This document shows positions 1 through 13,513 of a stretch of 64,000 nt of DNA, piece by piece. How positions within the stretch are numbered: the stretch's first letter is position 1; each line of letters begins with the position of its first letter. This DNA is from Octopus sinensis (lineage: Eukaryota). The position numbers were made by a program, and so were the translations under genes. The notes under the pieces were generated by a model that searched no databases, had not been told where the DNA came from, and saw only the letters and a list, made by a program, of their open reading frames with translations. The stretch spans positions 22,692,001 through 22,756,000 of the forward strand of contig NC_043021.1 in assembly GCF_006345805.1 (NCBI RefSeq), in the 5' to 3' direction.

Positions 1-859
1 CCGAGATATCGACAAATATTGAAGAGCTTGTTCGGTATATTTCTTTGATTTTAATGTTGTTTAATCCCAAGTCCACCCACAAGGAACATAGCTAAGATCA
101 AACGGTTTCAAGACGAGATCAATATTAGCGTCCAAAACAGTTACAATGATTACAGTGTATCATTCGGGAGGCGGCAAGCTGTCATTTCGGGTTGATTTAG
201 TATATTAGTAATTTATAGCAGCTGGAGACCCCCGTAGATTTGCTCTCGTTGTATGGTGTGCAATTCTCGAATTAGTTGGTTTACAGTTTCTCAAGCGTTG
301 TGTTTCAATGTGTGTAGTGAAATTTATTGACATGATTTGGTGGTTTTGTATCATAGAAAAGAAAACAGCTTTTATTTTTCATAGAATTCATATACTGAGC
401 GTATTGTATTTCTTTCTCTTAATTCCACAGCTTTTATTTGAATGTTCTATGTGGCAACAGTAAGGTGCTATGTCATAGCATCTGACACAGTCAGGGATCC
501 TCAACGTGGTCGTTCAAATTCCAACCTATAGTAGAAAATTTCATTCGAATACTTCGATTTAAAAAGATGAGATATTGAAAAGTTGGTTCTCTTATTTCTA
601 GTTCTGATCTGGAACTTAACAAAAGCCAACACCATGATTCTGATTAAAGTCAATAAGTGGACTTCTCCATAATCTGTCGAAACAATAGTCAAATAATAAC
701 TTTTAAAATGCAACCACATCATGAGGAAACTTGCATCTTATCCAAGAACACATGTTTCAAGGGTGATCATAAAAGTGGGCCGGCTTCATCAGTAATGACC
801 ATAGCGTAAACATGAAAACCATGACAGGTATTGTATTACATATTCTAATATTTTGTCAG

Positions 860-969
860 GAAGAAAGCTTCCTACACAGAATTTCCTGAAAGAATGGTGG
901 AGGCAAAAGGAAGTAATCTTCAAACGAAACAACTCGTCCAAATTTACAACACTCTGAACTTCACTGAAG
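860..969 (+). CDS. Candidate internal exon, unidentified product (phase 2 to 1)
   Basis: Acceptor ttttgtcag, donor aag|gtacgc. One frame is open (KKASYTEFPERMVEAKGSNLQTKQLVQIYNTLNFTE) and its end phase matches the candidate at 2659. No homology recognised. Confidence 0.25.
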
Positions 970-1124
970 GTACGCAAAATGCCACTTGTGTGTGTGTGTG
1001 TGTTTGTATGTGTGTGTATGTGTGTGTATGTGTATAGGAAGTGGTGACGGGTAACTGAGAGATGAATTAAGTCTACCACATACGTAACCAACGGAAATTG
1101 AACTCAAAACGCCAATATATATAT

Positions 1125-1335
1125 ATGTGTGTGTCTGTGTGTGTTTGTGTGTCTGTGCTTGTCCCCCTAGCATTGTTTGACAACCGATGCTGGTGTGTTT
1201 ACCTCCCCGTCACTTAGCGGTTCGGCAAAAGAGACCGATATAATAAGTCCCGGGGTCGATTTGCTCGACTAAAGGCGGTGCTCCAGCATGGCCGCAGTCA
1301 AATGACTGAAACAAGTAAAAGAGTAAAGAGTAAAT
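1125..1335 (+). mobile_element. SINE family C (CORE-type), 3' half
   Basis: (TG)n spacer followed by the tail 'gtcacttagcggttcggcaaaagagaccgat...ggcggtgctccagcatggccgcagtcaaatgactgaaacaagtaaaagag', matching 38251-38486. Confidence 0.85.
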
Positions 1336-2658
1336 ATCACCATGAAACATGGCAAACGTTTTCTTTTTACTGTTTTGCAGATGAAGCACTATGGTTGGTT
1401 TGTTTGTTTCCTTTTCTCTATCCTTAAATTTGTACTTCTTGTGATATGACCTGTATACAGTAACCACGCGAATAAATTTCGCAAAGCCATTGCATTTCTC
1501 GTATTCTATAGACTTAAGAAACGGAAGAACAATTTTATTTGTATTGCGTTTAAAATAGATTTTCTTGCTGGGTGGAAAAAAGCGAAAGATTCACGGCTGT
1601 ACATTTCTTTGATGTACTTCTTCAGACAAAACTGATTTCGAGATAATGAACGATAGAAACAACACGATACTTATTTACAATCGACCTGCATTCACACTAG
1701 AAAAAGATAAAGAATATTTGTATTGTTATTTTTATTGCTGTTCAGTCCCAGTTCAACGCTGATTAAGAAAAACCTTGTCAAAACACTTCCAGCTATAACA
1801 GTATTGTGTATTGTTTTTTAACACCATATATCTAAATAATGCAGAATCCAATTTAGACTAGTGTCTCATTTTATAGATGTTAGCGTGTGATTTCTTGCAG
1901 ATCAACTGTCTATACTGGAGCTAAAACATACTCGATTTAATTTAGTTATTATCATTGTAAATTCAATTGTCCTAGAAAATTTTCGATTTTTTTTCAAGCA
2001 GACAGTTCGCTTTTGTAGTCATTCGTATATCAACGAAGACAGTACCATAAAAATTCTGACTTAAAAGCTGTATTCTAAATATGATAAATGGAAGGTTGCA
2101 CTATGAATGTACTTTCCGTTACTAATATCAACATCTTTTGCAATCTTTCAAAGAATAATTTTTATAACATAAAAAGAAAATGTTAAGGAAACCGACTGTT
2201 ATATTTCTTTTTATTTCTCTGACACCTGCTTACATTAGAATTTTTTTCTTAAATTCTACATACTCGGAATGACATGGCTGTCATTGTAAACGACAAGCAG
2301 CTTTGATTTCATTTAGTGTCATTCTTATACATATATATATTTATATATATATATTATCATATTCATTTTTGAATTTCACTTCTTCGTAGGAAATCCATAT
2401 TTTCTTTATATTTACTTATTATTATTATTAAATTTATTGCTTTTTACTTGAATAGAATATTTGAACTAGCGCTGTAGGAGAATTCTATTTGACATATTTG
2501 GATTTTGTGGCATAAAGTTTTGCTCTTGCTTTTATTATTAATTTTGTTTGGAACATTTTTAGTTCCCACCCCATTCTCCCGCATATCTTATACGAACAAA
2601 TATTACTTTCTTCATTTATATATTTATATGCATTACGCTTTCTTATATCTTAATGCAG

Positions 2659-2812
2659 TTTCTCGTAATGGTATAACTGTAACAGATGTTTGCTATAGTG
2701 AGTTGACTACCAACATTTACAACTCAAGTATTGATGAAAAGCAAAACAGACACACAAAATATATTCGGAAGTATTTCAGAAAAAAAGATAACAAACAAAG
2801 ATACTTCCACCG
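2659..2812 (+). CDS. Candidate internal exon, unidentified product (phase 1 to 2)
   Basis: Acceptor cttaatgcag, donor cg|gtaaat. 154 bp open frame SRNGITVTDVCYSELTTNIYNSSIDEKQNRHTKYIRKYFRKKDNKQRYFH. Confidence 0.3.
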
Positions 2813-3407
2813 GTAAATCACGGAGAGAAACAGGGTCTTTGTGATAGATAGTAATAGTAATGCTGACTTCAGCTTTCGCAACAAAAATAAATCAAATAGT
2901 AAAATGCAAGTTCACATGCTTAGCCAAACGGAAATACATTTAAATATTTTAATGTTTGCAACCTAGCTGAAAAACCTTCCCTGATTTTTACGAGAGCTTG
3001 TTAACAATCATGTTTTCTTCAGACATACTGCAAAAGCATGAACAAATAAGAAATGGAAAGAAGCCATATATGAACGTAAAATGCTAAGGAGGATCTAATG
3101 GTTGAGTAAAATCAGAAAAAAAGGAAATAGTCGGGTTAATTCAGAATTATTTGCACATATTCAAAATTGGACCATGAGCAAATTATTGCACTGAATTAGT
3201 TAATCATATATCTGCGCGCGTGGTACGTATATAATTTTTGGTGATTGTCGCATTTCCATAAATGCCACGCGATATTTTCGTGGCCAGTATATATGTGTAT
3301 TTTAACGCCACTTGAATGACTTTCTCGCTCTGGAGTTCAGGAGACCAAAGACTGAATAACAACATTCATAGTAACATTCATGTTGGACGCGGAATTTACA
3401 TTATATA

Positions 3408-3467
3408 AATGTTCTGTATGCAACGGATTATATATTGTTTAATATCCCAGAAACAGCTGTAAGACCT
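3408..3467 (+). ncRNA. Possible decayed hammerhead ribozyme (3' half only)
   Basis: GAAA-CAGCTG-TA at 3450-3461 has the same GAAA/palindrome/TA layout as the intact motifs near 51.6-57.5 kb. The upstream core is corrupted (ctgtatgca instead of CTGATGA). Confidence 0.25.
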
Positions 3468-3964
3468 TCTATCTATAAATGCTCTAATATCTATATAGAG
3501 CCTTGGTTTTTGTTTAATCTCATTACACAAAAGATTCATATATACACACGTTGACATAGAACAAAAGTTGAACCCTTTATTCGCAATATTACCGAATCTG
3601 GAACGTAACTATGGTCTGTCTATAGCACTTATTTAACATTACCTGACACCTTTGGGTCTCAGGTTCTGTTATTTAAAAAAACATACATCTGTTTTCAGTA
3701 CAAATAACCTTGATTTGTCAAGACAATGTTACCATATAATACAAGTTGAGAGCTGAAACATCTGCTACACGAATTCTTATAAATACGCTCCACATTATAT
3801 ACATGCTTGGCCGAGGCCAAGCAATAAGATCATTTATAAACCGGAAAAAAACTATTTGTACTATCGCATTCTCTCCACAAAAACAATGTGAAATATATTT
3901 CCTTCTCTCTTCTTCTATCGTCATTTGCCGTTCAATCAATTTTATTGCCTGCGTAATATATACC

Positions 3965-4195
3965 TATTTCTTTACTAGCCACAAGGGGCTAAACACAGAA
4001 GAGACAAACAAGGACAGATAAACGGATTAAGTCGATTATATCGACCTCAGTGCATAACTGGTACTTAATTTATCGACCACGAATGGATGAAGGGCAAAGT
4101 CGACCTCGGCGGAATTTGAACTCAGAACGTAGCGGCAGACGACATACTGCTAAGCATTTCGCCCGGCGTGCTAACGATTCCGCTAGCTCGCCGCC
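3965..4195 (-). mobile_element. SINE family A (tRNA-like head, Meta/MESC-like body)
   Basis: Reverse complement of 'ggcgagctggcagaaacgttagcacgccgggcgaaatgcttagc...gttcaaattccgccgaggtcgactttgcctttcatcc...gataaattaagtaccag'. Near-identical copies at 7852, 11527 and 14770. The domain name is from memory and unverified. Confidence 0.9.
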
Positions 4196-4533
4196 TTCTG
4201 CATAACATATACCGAATTTATATTACTGTTACACTATCTACAAAAGGGACAACTGGTTACAGCTTATGCTTAGCGTCAGCAAAACGGAAGTAAACCAGGC
4301 TGTGATGACGATTAGGAACGCGAAAGTGGGAAGTCACTGAGAATTTTAATTGAGAAATTCCGTAAAAGTGTTTTCTACAGCGTATTGAGCACTCTCTTAT
4401 TCTAATATTAAAGTATCTTGATATATGTCTTGAAGCAAAAACACACGCATGTGTATACACAAACACACATATAAATACATGTCTGTGTGTGTGTGTGTGC
4501 TTGTTGCAGTATGTGCGTATGTATGCATGTATG

Positions 4534-4579
<46 letters not shown>

Positions 4580-4682
4580 CACACCTGGAAGCACTATGTC
4601 CCTCCCGTAAGGTACAAATGCAGAATGGGTTGAAACGCTCATTAAGAATCTTGCTAAATCCACTTTCCGTTTCCCATATTCG

Positions 4683-4763
<81 letters not shown>

Positions 4764-4956
4764 TACATACCTACGAATGCGCTTTGTCTTTTTGCTACCG
4801 CATTTAAATCATTTTCTCTTATTTAATTTCCTGATCTTTCAGAAAGAGTATAATCCGGAACCTTAGATCCGCTTTCATTCCTTTTATGTGCATACATAAT
4901 TCAATTATACACGTTCTACAATTGGAGTAGATTCGTCTCATATTTTTACGTATCTA

Positions 4957-5085
4957 CTACCACACTTACAAGCTTTCGGTCGGGTAGGTGGTGCTATAGC
5001 AGAAGATACTTACCCAAGTTGATACGCAGTGAGGCTAACAACAGAGCCCAGTGACTTAGAGAGGAACTTCCTAACGACACAGCGA
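4957..5085 (-). mobile_element. SINE family C head + CORE, degenerate
   Basis: Diverged reverse-complement match to 37757-37900 ('cttgggtaagtatcttctgctatagc'). Confidence 0.5.
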
Positions 5086-5776
5086 ATGCTGTTCCTATTT
5101 CCTAAATGATACGTAAACTTCTGATCTTCGCATCTCCCTCTCAAATTCTCAGTAGAGAGTGTAACAATGTTACCTGATTACTTGATTAACACCTGCTGTT
5201 ACTGTACATCTTATACTGCCATGCCGCTAAATCGTCATTCTTCTTTTCATACACAAGCATTTATGAAACATACACCATTCCTAAAAATTATATAACCGAA
5301 ACCAGTATTTATTGTGTTACATATAAATTCCTCATATATCTTCTCAAATACACGCGAATGTGATATATCTTCTCAAATACACGCGAACTATCTTAAGAGA
5401 GGCTTACCCCATATCCATCAGAAGTATAATTGCATGTTGCTGAATTCATTTATGTAATACTCAAGTGAATATATTTGAAGCAGTATCAACTGCATCACGT
5501 CGAAACTTAAATTAGAGTAACAGCAGTATGCAAGGATGATGAAAGGTGACTTTACTGAACGTAAATTCAATTACTGTCTCTTTTCTCTTAGTCATATAGA
5601 AATGAAGAATACAACAATATTATCCAATTACATCTGACATGTCAAAGAACATGCTAGTAATTACAATCTCAAGAAGTTCCCGAAGTTCCCCCAGCGAAAT
5701 CTAACTAAAAGACTTCTGAAGTAGAGAAACAAAATTCATATATTATATATATATATATATATATATAATAGCCAGC

Positions 5777-5832
<56 letters not shown>

Positions 5833-6078
5833 CATGCATCCCTTGTGTTACGATTATCCCTTAGGTTACGGGATTTCGCGCCTACGGTAACTGTAATGAA
5901 TGACCGTTAATTTCTGGTCGCAATTTATAATTCCGCTCTTACGGAATGTCGTATTGCAGCAGGTAATCATAAGCAGCGAATGTAATATATTAGCGTACTT
6001 CTAGAAACATATCCAACACTTGAATATTAAGAATGTACTTCTCTTTCGAATTTATGATTCTATGACGCTATATATATA

Positions 6079-6130
<52 letters not shown>

Positions 6131-6554
6131 GTGTGTGTGTGTGTGTGTGTTTGCGCGCGCGGTCATGTTTGATTTTTGTCTTTCTATCAACAACACCAAT
6201 AAAACCGAGAAGAGAGAAAACAGTATTATGTAGTATGAAGTAGATAAGCAAATCCATTTCAAATGAAAGTATAAACTGTGGTATCCTGTGTATTTTAAAT
6301 GTTGAATGAAATTTCTTTTATCTTAGGTCTAGGAGGATTGATTTTAGAGCAAACACCCACAACAATACGATTAAAAAGAAGAACAATATGACTAACATTC
6401 CACCAACAATACACGCCCACCATCACTAACATCTAAACCAATCCACATAATCAACGCCATTGTTCCAGCAAATTTAGAATCCATTTGACTCCAAATAGTA
6501 TCATCAAGTACGCCAACACTGGTGTGGATTAGTATTTTTGTATATGTGGTTGAG

Positions 6555-6797
6555 TGGAGGCGCGTGGCTTAGTGGTTAGGGTGTCAGCATCATGATCGTA
6601 AGATTGTGGTTTCGATTTCTGGACCGAGCAACGCGTTTTGTTCTTGAGCAAAACACTTCATTTCACGTTGCTCCAGTCCACTCAGCTGGCAAAGATGAGT
6701 AACGCTGCGATGGCCTGACGTCCCGTCCAGCTAGGGAACACATATGCCATTGAAACCGGGAAACTGCACCCATAAGCCTGGCTAGGCTTTAAAAGGA
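6555..6797 (+). mobile_element. SINE family D (tRNA-like head, CORE-like body)
   Basis: A-box-like 'tggcttagtggttagg', B-box-like 'ggtttcgatttc', then 'ttcttgagcaaaacacttcatttcacgttgctccagtccactcagctggc'. Head and body also seen at 23560-23720 (-). Confidence 0.75.
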
Positions 6798-7099
6798 TGT
6801 ATTTTTTAAAAATTATATATGCATGAATGTGTGTTTGTGAGCGTGTGAGAAAGCGTGTTTATTTAGAATTACAAGGGGCGAATTGCTAATAAAATCTAGT
6901 GACCGTACTGTTAACTGTAATCGCGTAGTATTCCCTCTTCTTCAATCACATTTCCATCTGATTTCCATTATTACATCCATGGGTATCAGACAATTCTCTG
7001 CCCTCACAAAGAAAATCTTTACTGGGCCATTTATTTTTTACTACATATTTGTTGTAGATTATTAATCCCCGGTGCCGTTGGATTTGCCTTGAATTTAAG

Positions 7100-7560
7100 A
7101 TGTCTGAAAAGAAGCGATCAAGCCAAAGTAGAGGCAGTAGTGCGTAAAGGAATCGTGAAGAAGTTGCACTGGATACTTGACGTTATAAAACGACATGATG
7201 AGGAAGTTAAACTAAGACGGACAAAGTCTTGTAACGTTTACAGTGGGACAAATACGTGACAAGAAACAGGAAATTATGCCAAGTGCTCAACAAACTCCTC
7301 CGCTAACTGGACGGACCTTTTGTCTTGATAGTTCTGAAAGCAATGCTTAAACTAGAATGACTTTTGAGTGTATGCGCCGAGGAAAAGAACTCGCGTAATA
7401 TGCAGATAAACGCTATAGTTATTCAAACAAGACAGAAAATAGGAAGGTAAGATTACTAATTTAAAAAATAAAATACCCTCACCACATAAACTGAAAAGAA
7501 TTATTGCTAAAGGAAGGTCTGCGGGTTTTCGCTGATAATCGTCCTAATCGTGAACGTAAA
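7100..7560 (+). pseudogene. Decayed Tigger/pogo-like transposase N-terminus (CENP-B-type HTH)
   Basis: Frameshifted pieces LDVIKRHDEEVKL / TVGQIRDKKQEI / LKLE*LLSVCAEEKNSRNMQINAIVIQ resemble the pogo HTH_psq and HTH_CenpB motifs. Contains stops. Confidence 0.5.
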
Positions 7561-7851
7561 ACAAACATTACAAATGCAGATTATAATGGGATCATTTCAC
7601 AAATTGAGTTGTACAAAAGACACGATGCTTCTTAAAGAACAAAGGACATTCGATAAGTTCTTCACCCCTTAAACTGACCTTCGTTTATTCAATATTTCCT
7701 GCCCGGTAAAAAAAACGAAAAAATCCCCGAAAGATCAGAATTGAGTCGCCGACTCTCCTATCAAAGAACGTATTCGGGCTACACCGCGGACCAAGACAAC
7801 TGATGGAAGCCAGCAAGAAAGTAGGCACGGCAGTTAAGACCAGTTCAAGAA

Positions 7852-8084
7852 GGCGGCGAGCTGGCAGAGACGTTAACACGCCGGACGAAATGCGTAGCCG
7901 TATTTCGTCTGCCGTTACGTTTTGAGTTCAAATTCCGCCGAGGTCGACTTTGCCTTTCATCCTTTCGGGGTCGATAAATTAAGTACCAGTTACGCACTGG
8001 GGTCGATGTAATCGACTCAATCCGTTTGTCTGTCCTTGTTTGTCCTCTCTGTGTTTAGCTCCTTGTGGGCAATACAGAAATAAG
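7852..8084 (+). mobile_element. SINE family A
   Basis: Full head-to-tail match to the 3965 and 11527 copies; ends 'gtgggcaatacagaaataag'. Confidence 0.9.
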
Positions 8085-8433
8085 ATTGTAAGGTTGATAT
8101 GAAACGGCAAGTGGGACGTATTCCAATTGATTTACAAGAGCTTCAGTAGCTACTCCTAATTCTGCATATGACAGAGTAACTCTGAGTTTCAATTCACCTA
8201 CGATTTTCGTATATGCATGCCAGTATTTCCACCACAGTGCTTTCCTTTATTGTCTAAACATTTCTAAGAATTTTTTTTCCAGCTATGGGAGCTGAAAAAG
8301 TGTTGCATAACGTTTAATGGAAATATACATTACCCGCAAACATAATGCAAATTATACGTACACACATGCCCAAGCAAAACACACACGCACACACTATATA
8401 TATATGTATTTATATATATATATATATATATAT

Positions 8434-9123
8434 ATGAGGCTGTATGTGTGTATGTAGTTTACTATGTATTCAGAATGTTTTGGCTATACACAAATATATT
8501 TATGCGCCCACTTAGATGCATATGTATATATATATATATATATATATATGAGGGGCTGTATGTGTGTATGTAGTTTACTATGTATTCAGAAGTTTTTTGG
8601 CTATACACAAATATATTTATGCGCCCACTTAGATGCATATGTATATAATATATTATATAATATTATGAGGCTGTATGTGTGTATGTAGTTTACTATGTAT
8701 TCAGAATGTTTTGGCTATACACAAATATATTTATGCGCCCACTTAGATGCTATGTATATAATTATATATAATATATGAGGCTGTATGTGTGTATGTAGTT
8801 TACTATGTATTCAGAATGTTTTGGCTATACACAAATATATTTATGCGCCCACTTAGATGCATATGTATATATATATATATATATATATATGAGGCTGTAT
8901 GTGTGTATGTAGTTTACTATGTATTCAGAATGTTTTGGCTATACACAATATATTTATGCGCCCACTTTATGCCATATGTATTATATTATATATATATATA
9001 TATGAGGCTGTATGTGTGTATGTAGTTTACTATATTCAGAATGTTTTGGCTATACACCAAATTAATTTATGCGCCCACTTAGATGCATATGTATATATTA
9101 TATATATATATATGAGGCTGTAT
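8434..9123. repeat. Minisatellite, ~110-120 bp unit with variable (TA)n, at least 6 units
   Basis: Unit 'atgaggctgtatgtgtgtatgtagtttactatgtattcagaatgttttggctatacacaaatatatttatgcgcccacttagatgc...' starts near 8434, 8548, 8665, 8775, 8890, 9003 and 9113. Confidence 0.95.
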
Positions 9124-9223
9124 NNNNNNNNNNNNNNNNNNNNNNNNNNNNNNNNNNNNNNNNNNNNNNNNNNNNNNNNNNNNNNNNNNNNNNNNNNNNN
9201 NNNNNNNNNNNNNNNNNNNNNNN
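9124..9223. other. Assembly gap (100 N)
   Basis: Run of n characters directly after the minisatellite. Confidence 1.
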
Positions 9224-9351
9224 GTAGCAGTAAAGAAAAAAAAAAGCATTACATTTATGTGTGTATACACACACAATATATACTTACATACATATACATA
9301 CATACATACTATACATATAAACATATAATATATATAACATATATATATATC

Positions 9352-9386
<35 letters not shown>

Positions 9387-10780
9387 CACATATATATATA
9401 TATATACATATATATTTTACTGCTGTATGTATTCGTTTCCTCCGTGTGTATATACAGAGGTATCTTATTTCTCTTGCATTGTAAATTTTACGATCGTAAA
9501 AATATGAAAAGCGCGTACTCTACTTTTGTCTCTCTCTCTCTCTCTTCCTCCCTCTATCTATTTCTTTATTATTTATCCACCTTTATCTCTTTCTTTCTCC
9601 CTCTGTATATATCGATGTGTATGTATGCACGCGTGTTCTTGTATTTACATGTGTATGCATTTTCGTGAATGTGTATGTGTGTATGTGTAATTGTGTGTTT
9701 TTATTGTGCACATTTTTTTAAGGAAATAAAACCATAAACAGAATAAATTAGGAATAAAAATGTTCGACAAATTTAGTAGAAACTGTGCGCTGCAATGGTG
9801 AATATGGGCCTTAATGTTTCGTGTTTTAGTCCTACATGAAAAGAAATGCAAAGCGAAAATTGCTGGGGATTGAGCGAAGGCAATTGTGGAAGTATTAAAA
9901 ACTATAAATAAAGATTGAGAAGGAATGAGGAGTTTGATATCCCAAGAAGGAATGTTGTACTCTTGTTTGGGTCAAGAAATAAGCCCAGATCGGAGAGTAC
10001 CTGGCCACGTATGGTTTCACGTGTTTGGGAGTTATTGTCCTTGTGGTCTATTCGTTCGTGAACATGCGAGTAAGTATTAAAATATCATGGTTATCTTAAC
10101 AACTGTGGAAGGCGTTAGTGGAGGGTTTCTGAAGGTGTGGAAGCCGAATCTATGGAAATATAGATATAGAACTTCGCAGAGCAAGGGAAAATGTGGAGAG
10201 TGTTAATGGTTAGTTTGCGCTGTTGATAAAAGCAAGAGTGCCTTTTGTACCAAACTTCAATATGAGAGTGTCACTCAAAGTAACTTCAACAGTATAATTT
10301 TCTTATCAAACAACATCGACGTTTACGTGGGGATAAATATTACCTGACAGTATTAATTCTGCCTCTGTCGGTACCTTAGAAACTAAGACCCGAAAATACG
10401 GAGCTAAATTTTCTTATTTCATAAGACTATTTAGAATATTTAGGAAATAAATACATCAACACATAGAAAGATACACGCCGACATTATCTTACTGCCAACT
10501 CTGTGCCTATTCACACACATACACATGTATTTAGTATTTATGCTAACGTCATGTATTGTGAATTTTCCTTTCGTGAACGACCGATAAGCATAAAATATGC
10601 TCTTCGTGAACAACCTGCGCGCATGAGGTGTTTATAGCGATCCAATATTTGTGCTGCTCGCCGCATCAGAAATCTGCATTTGTCTGTATCAGGTCAGGGT
10701 GTACCCCACGACAGATTTTAAAGTGATTGTAGATTAGCGCAAAATGCAAGGTTTTGATCAATAAACGATTCATCCGGTTT

Positions 10781-11170
10781 CATCATCATTGTTCGACCGT
10801 GCTCGAGACAATAGAATTTACTATGTTACGCCACACTTCACGGTCCCTCATAGCATTACGGAGGTCCTGTTGCTGGATGCCTGCATCCCTGGAGATTACA
10901 TCAGGGTAGGAGAGGGTGCTCCCTCTGGTATCGCAATTACCTCGCTTTCAGCTCTACAACATTGTCCAGCAAACTGGACTCTTCTACCTTTCACAAGAGA
11001 TGAAACCGGTGGTAGTTTCGCATATATTTGTACTTTGGTTGGTTGACACTTCCACGAGAGATTTTGAGCTCTCTTAAGGAGGCAAGTGTAATTTCCATCC
11101 AACCGCCTCTCAAGCTTCTCCGATAACGTCCAGGTTTCTGAGCCATATAGTAGAATTGGTTCGGTCTAGA
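10781..11170 (-). mobile_element. RTE-clade LINE 3' end, 5'-truncated
   Basis: Minus strand reads EPILLYGSETWTLSEKLERRLDGNYTCLLKRAQNLSWKCQPTKVQIYAKLPPVSSLVKGRRVQFAGQCCRAESEV, typical of the RTE ORF2 C-terminus, and ends in (GAT)n. Confidence 0.9.
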
Positions 11171-11526
11171 AATTGAATCCGCCATCTATCGTGGGATAAG
11201 AGAGGCGAACATACTATATATTTCATATATGGCACTTATGATGAGACGGAAATACTTATCGAAATTTTCATAAAGTCCCAGCTCGAAACACTCATTTTAC
11301 AAATGATTTTTGTTGTTTCCGTACAAAATCTGTTTACTCTAGGAATAAGAACTGTGATTTTGTGCAGGTGGGCTAATTGATTACATCAATGAAAAGTCTC
11401 ACCTTGTTCTTACTCTAGTGACTCCAAAAAAATGGTAAAGTCATCCTCGGTCTCATTTGAACTCAGAAAGTAGAGACGAGTGTTCTTAATGAAATCATAA
11501 TTTAAAATGTTCATATATCATATATT

Positions 11527-11760
11527 TATTTCTTTATTGCCCACAAGGGGCTAAACCTAGAGGGGGGGACAAACAAGGACAGACAAAGGGATCAAGTCAA
11601 TTACATCGACCCCAGTGCGAAACTGGTACTTTATTAATCGACCCCGAAAGGATGAAAGGCAAATTCGACCTCGGCCGAATTTGAACTCAGAACGTAACGT
11701 CAGACGAAATGCCGCTAAGCATTTCGCCCGACACGCTAACGTGTCCGCCAGCTCGCCGCC
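11527..11760 (-). mobile_element. SINE family A
   Basis: Reverse-complement full match to 7852-8084. Confidence 0.9.
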
Positions 11761-11939
11761 TGCATATTCATATATCATATATTAGTTCTTTTGTCTCTCT
11801 CAATGAAACCAGAAAACACACACACTCACTATATATATATTAATATTATATATATATATATATATATAAAAATATATATAGAAATAAAATATATATATAG
11901 AGAGAGAGAGAGAGACATTGAATAATATATATATATAGA

Positions 11940-12065
11940 GGCGCAGGAGTGGCTGTGTGGTAAGTAGTTTGTTTACCAACCACATGGTTCCGGGGTCTAT
12001 TTGCTCGATTAAAGGCGGTGCTCCAGCATGGCCGCAGTCAAATGACTGAAACAAGTAAAAGAGTA
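11940..12065 (+). mobile_element. SINE family C, internally deleted (head fused to tail)
   Basis: Head 'ggcgcaggagtggctgtgtggtaag...ggttccgggg' is joined directly to tail 'tctatttgctcgattaaaggcggtgctccagc...'. Confidence 0.85.
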
Positions 12066-12299
12066 TACATTTATGAATAAACACACATGCAAGCGACCAC
12101 ACATCAGTTAACTGGATATTTGTCGATAAGCATACTTGTCATTACATCACTACGTGTATGTGTATGAGGGTGCGTGCATGCGTGCGCAAGTGTGATGTGT
12201 GTGTGGCCATTCATAGAAACGCTCACATATTTAAAATAAATGTTTTATATGTATAAACCAATGAACATTGCATAATTGATAGAATGCATTTGTAGAATA

Positions 12300-12396
12300 T
12301 ATTTCAATTATAATGCGCATGATATATATATATATATATATATATTATATTATCTATACATATCGTAAATATATGTATTGGCCACCAGTGTGTGCG

Positions 12397-12429
<33 letters not shown>

Positions 12430-12830
12430 TACAATCTTCATATATATATACAAATATTATATATATATATATATATATTATATAATATATATATATATTA
12501 TATATATACACATATGCATACATATATACAAATATAAATATATATATATATATATATATAGTATATATATACATATATATACAAATATGCATATATATAT
12601 ACAAATATATATGTATATGATATATATATAAATAATATACATATTTATGCAAATATATAAATATATATATGATCTATATATACAACTATATAAATATATA
12701 TAAAACAATATATAATATATATATATCTATAAATACAACTATATAAATATTTATATAAAATATATAATATATATATAACAATATAGAAATATATAATATT
12801 ATATACAAATATATAAATTATATATATATA

Positions 12831-12876
<46 letters not shown>

Positions 12877-12900
12877 ATATATATATATATATAATATTTA
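12300..12900. repeat. Compound (TA)n low-complexity tract
   Basis: Almost pure A/T alternation; source of several spurious ORFs. Confidence 0.95.
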
Positions 12901-13457
12901 TGCACACATGTATGTATGGATGCAGTTTGTATGCGTCTACATATGTATACTGTTCGTGCGTATAAACCCATAAGCTTCAACGTTATATACATACGGTGGC
13001 TCCTATGAATATATTGCGAATATATTCATTCTTATACAAAAGCAAGCCGCGTAAAAATCGCCACCCGTTCATACATATTTCATAACTTCACATAGCTATG
13101 CTGCACACATATATAATTACTGGGTAACCAATACAATGTGCGTTATGAATAAATAATATACTGACTAATTTCCACATAAATATGGTTTATATTTGATTTT
13201 TTTTATTTTACTTTGAAAATGTGTGTGTATGTGCATGTGTTGATACATTTGTACGTAAGGTGTGCATATATGGGCATATAAGCGTGCATATAGCCACGAA
13301 TTTCTTTGTGTGAGTATATACGTGTGTGTGCATGTGTGTGTCAGCGTCTGTATGCGTAGAAACGGATATAGATATATGTGTCTGTATATATCCATGTATT
13401 TGTTTCTTTGAGCATATACATACGTGCGTGTGTGTCAGCTTCTGTGAGCTTACAACC

Positions 13458-13513
<56 letters not shown>

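Noticed and set aside
742-797. Minus-strand CTGATGA...GAAACATGTG motif
   Set aside because: G at the cleavage position, and no helix I or II.
828-859. 32-nt GT-AG segment before the 860 exon candidate
   Set aside because: Too short for a typical metazoan intron, and the upstream frames hit stops within a few codons.
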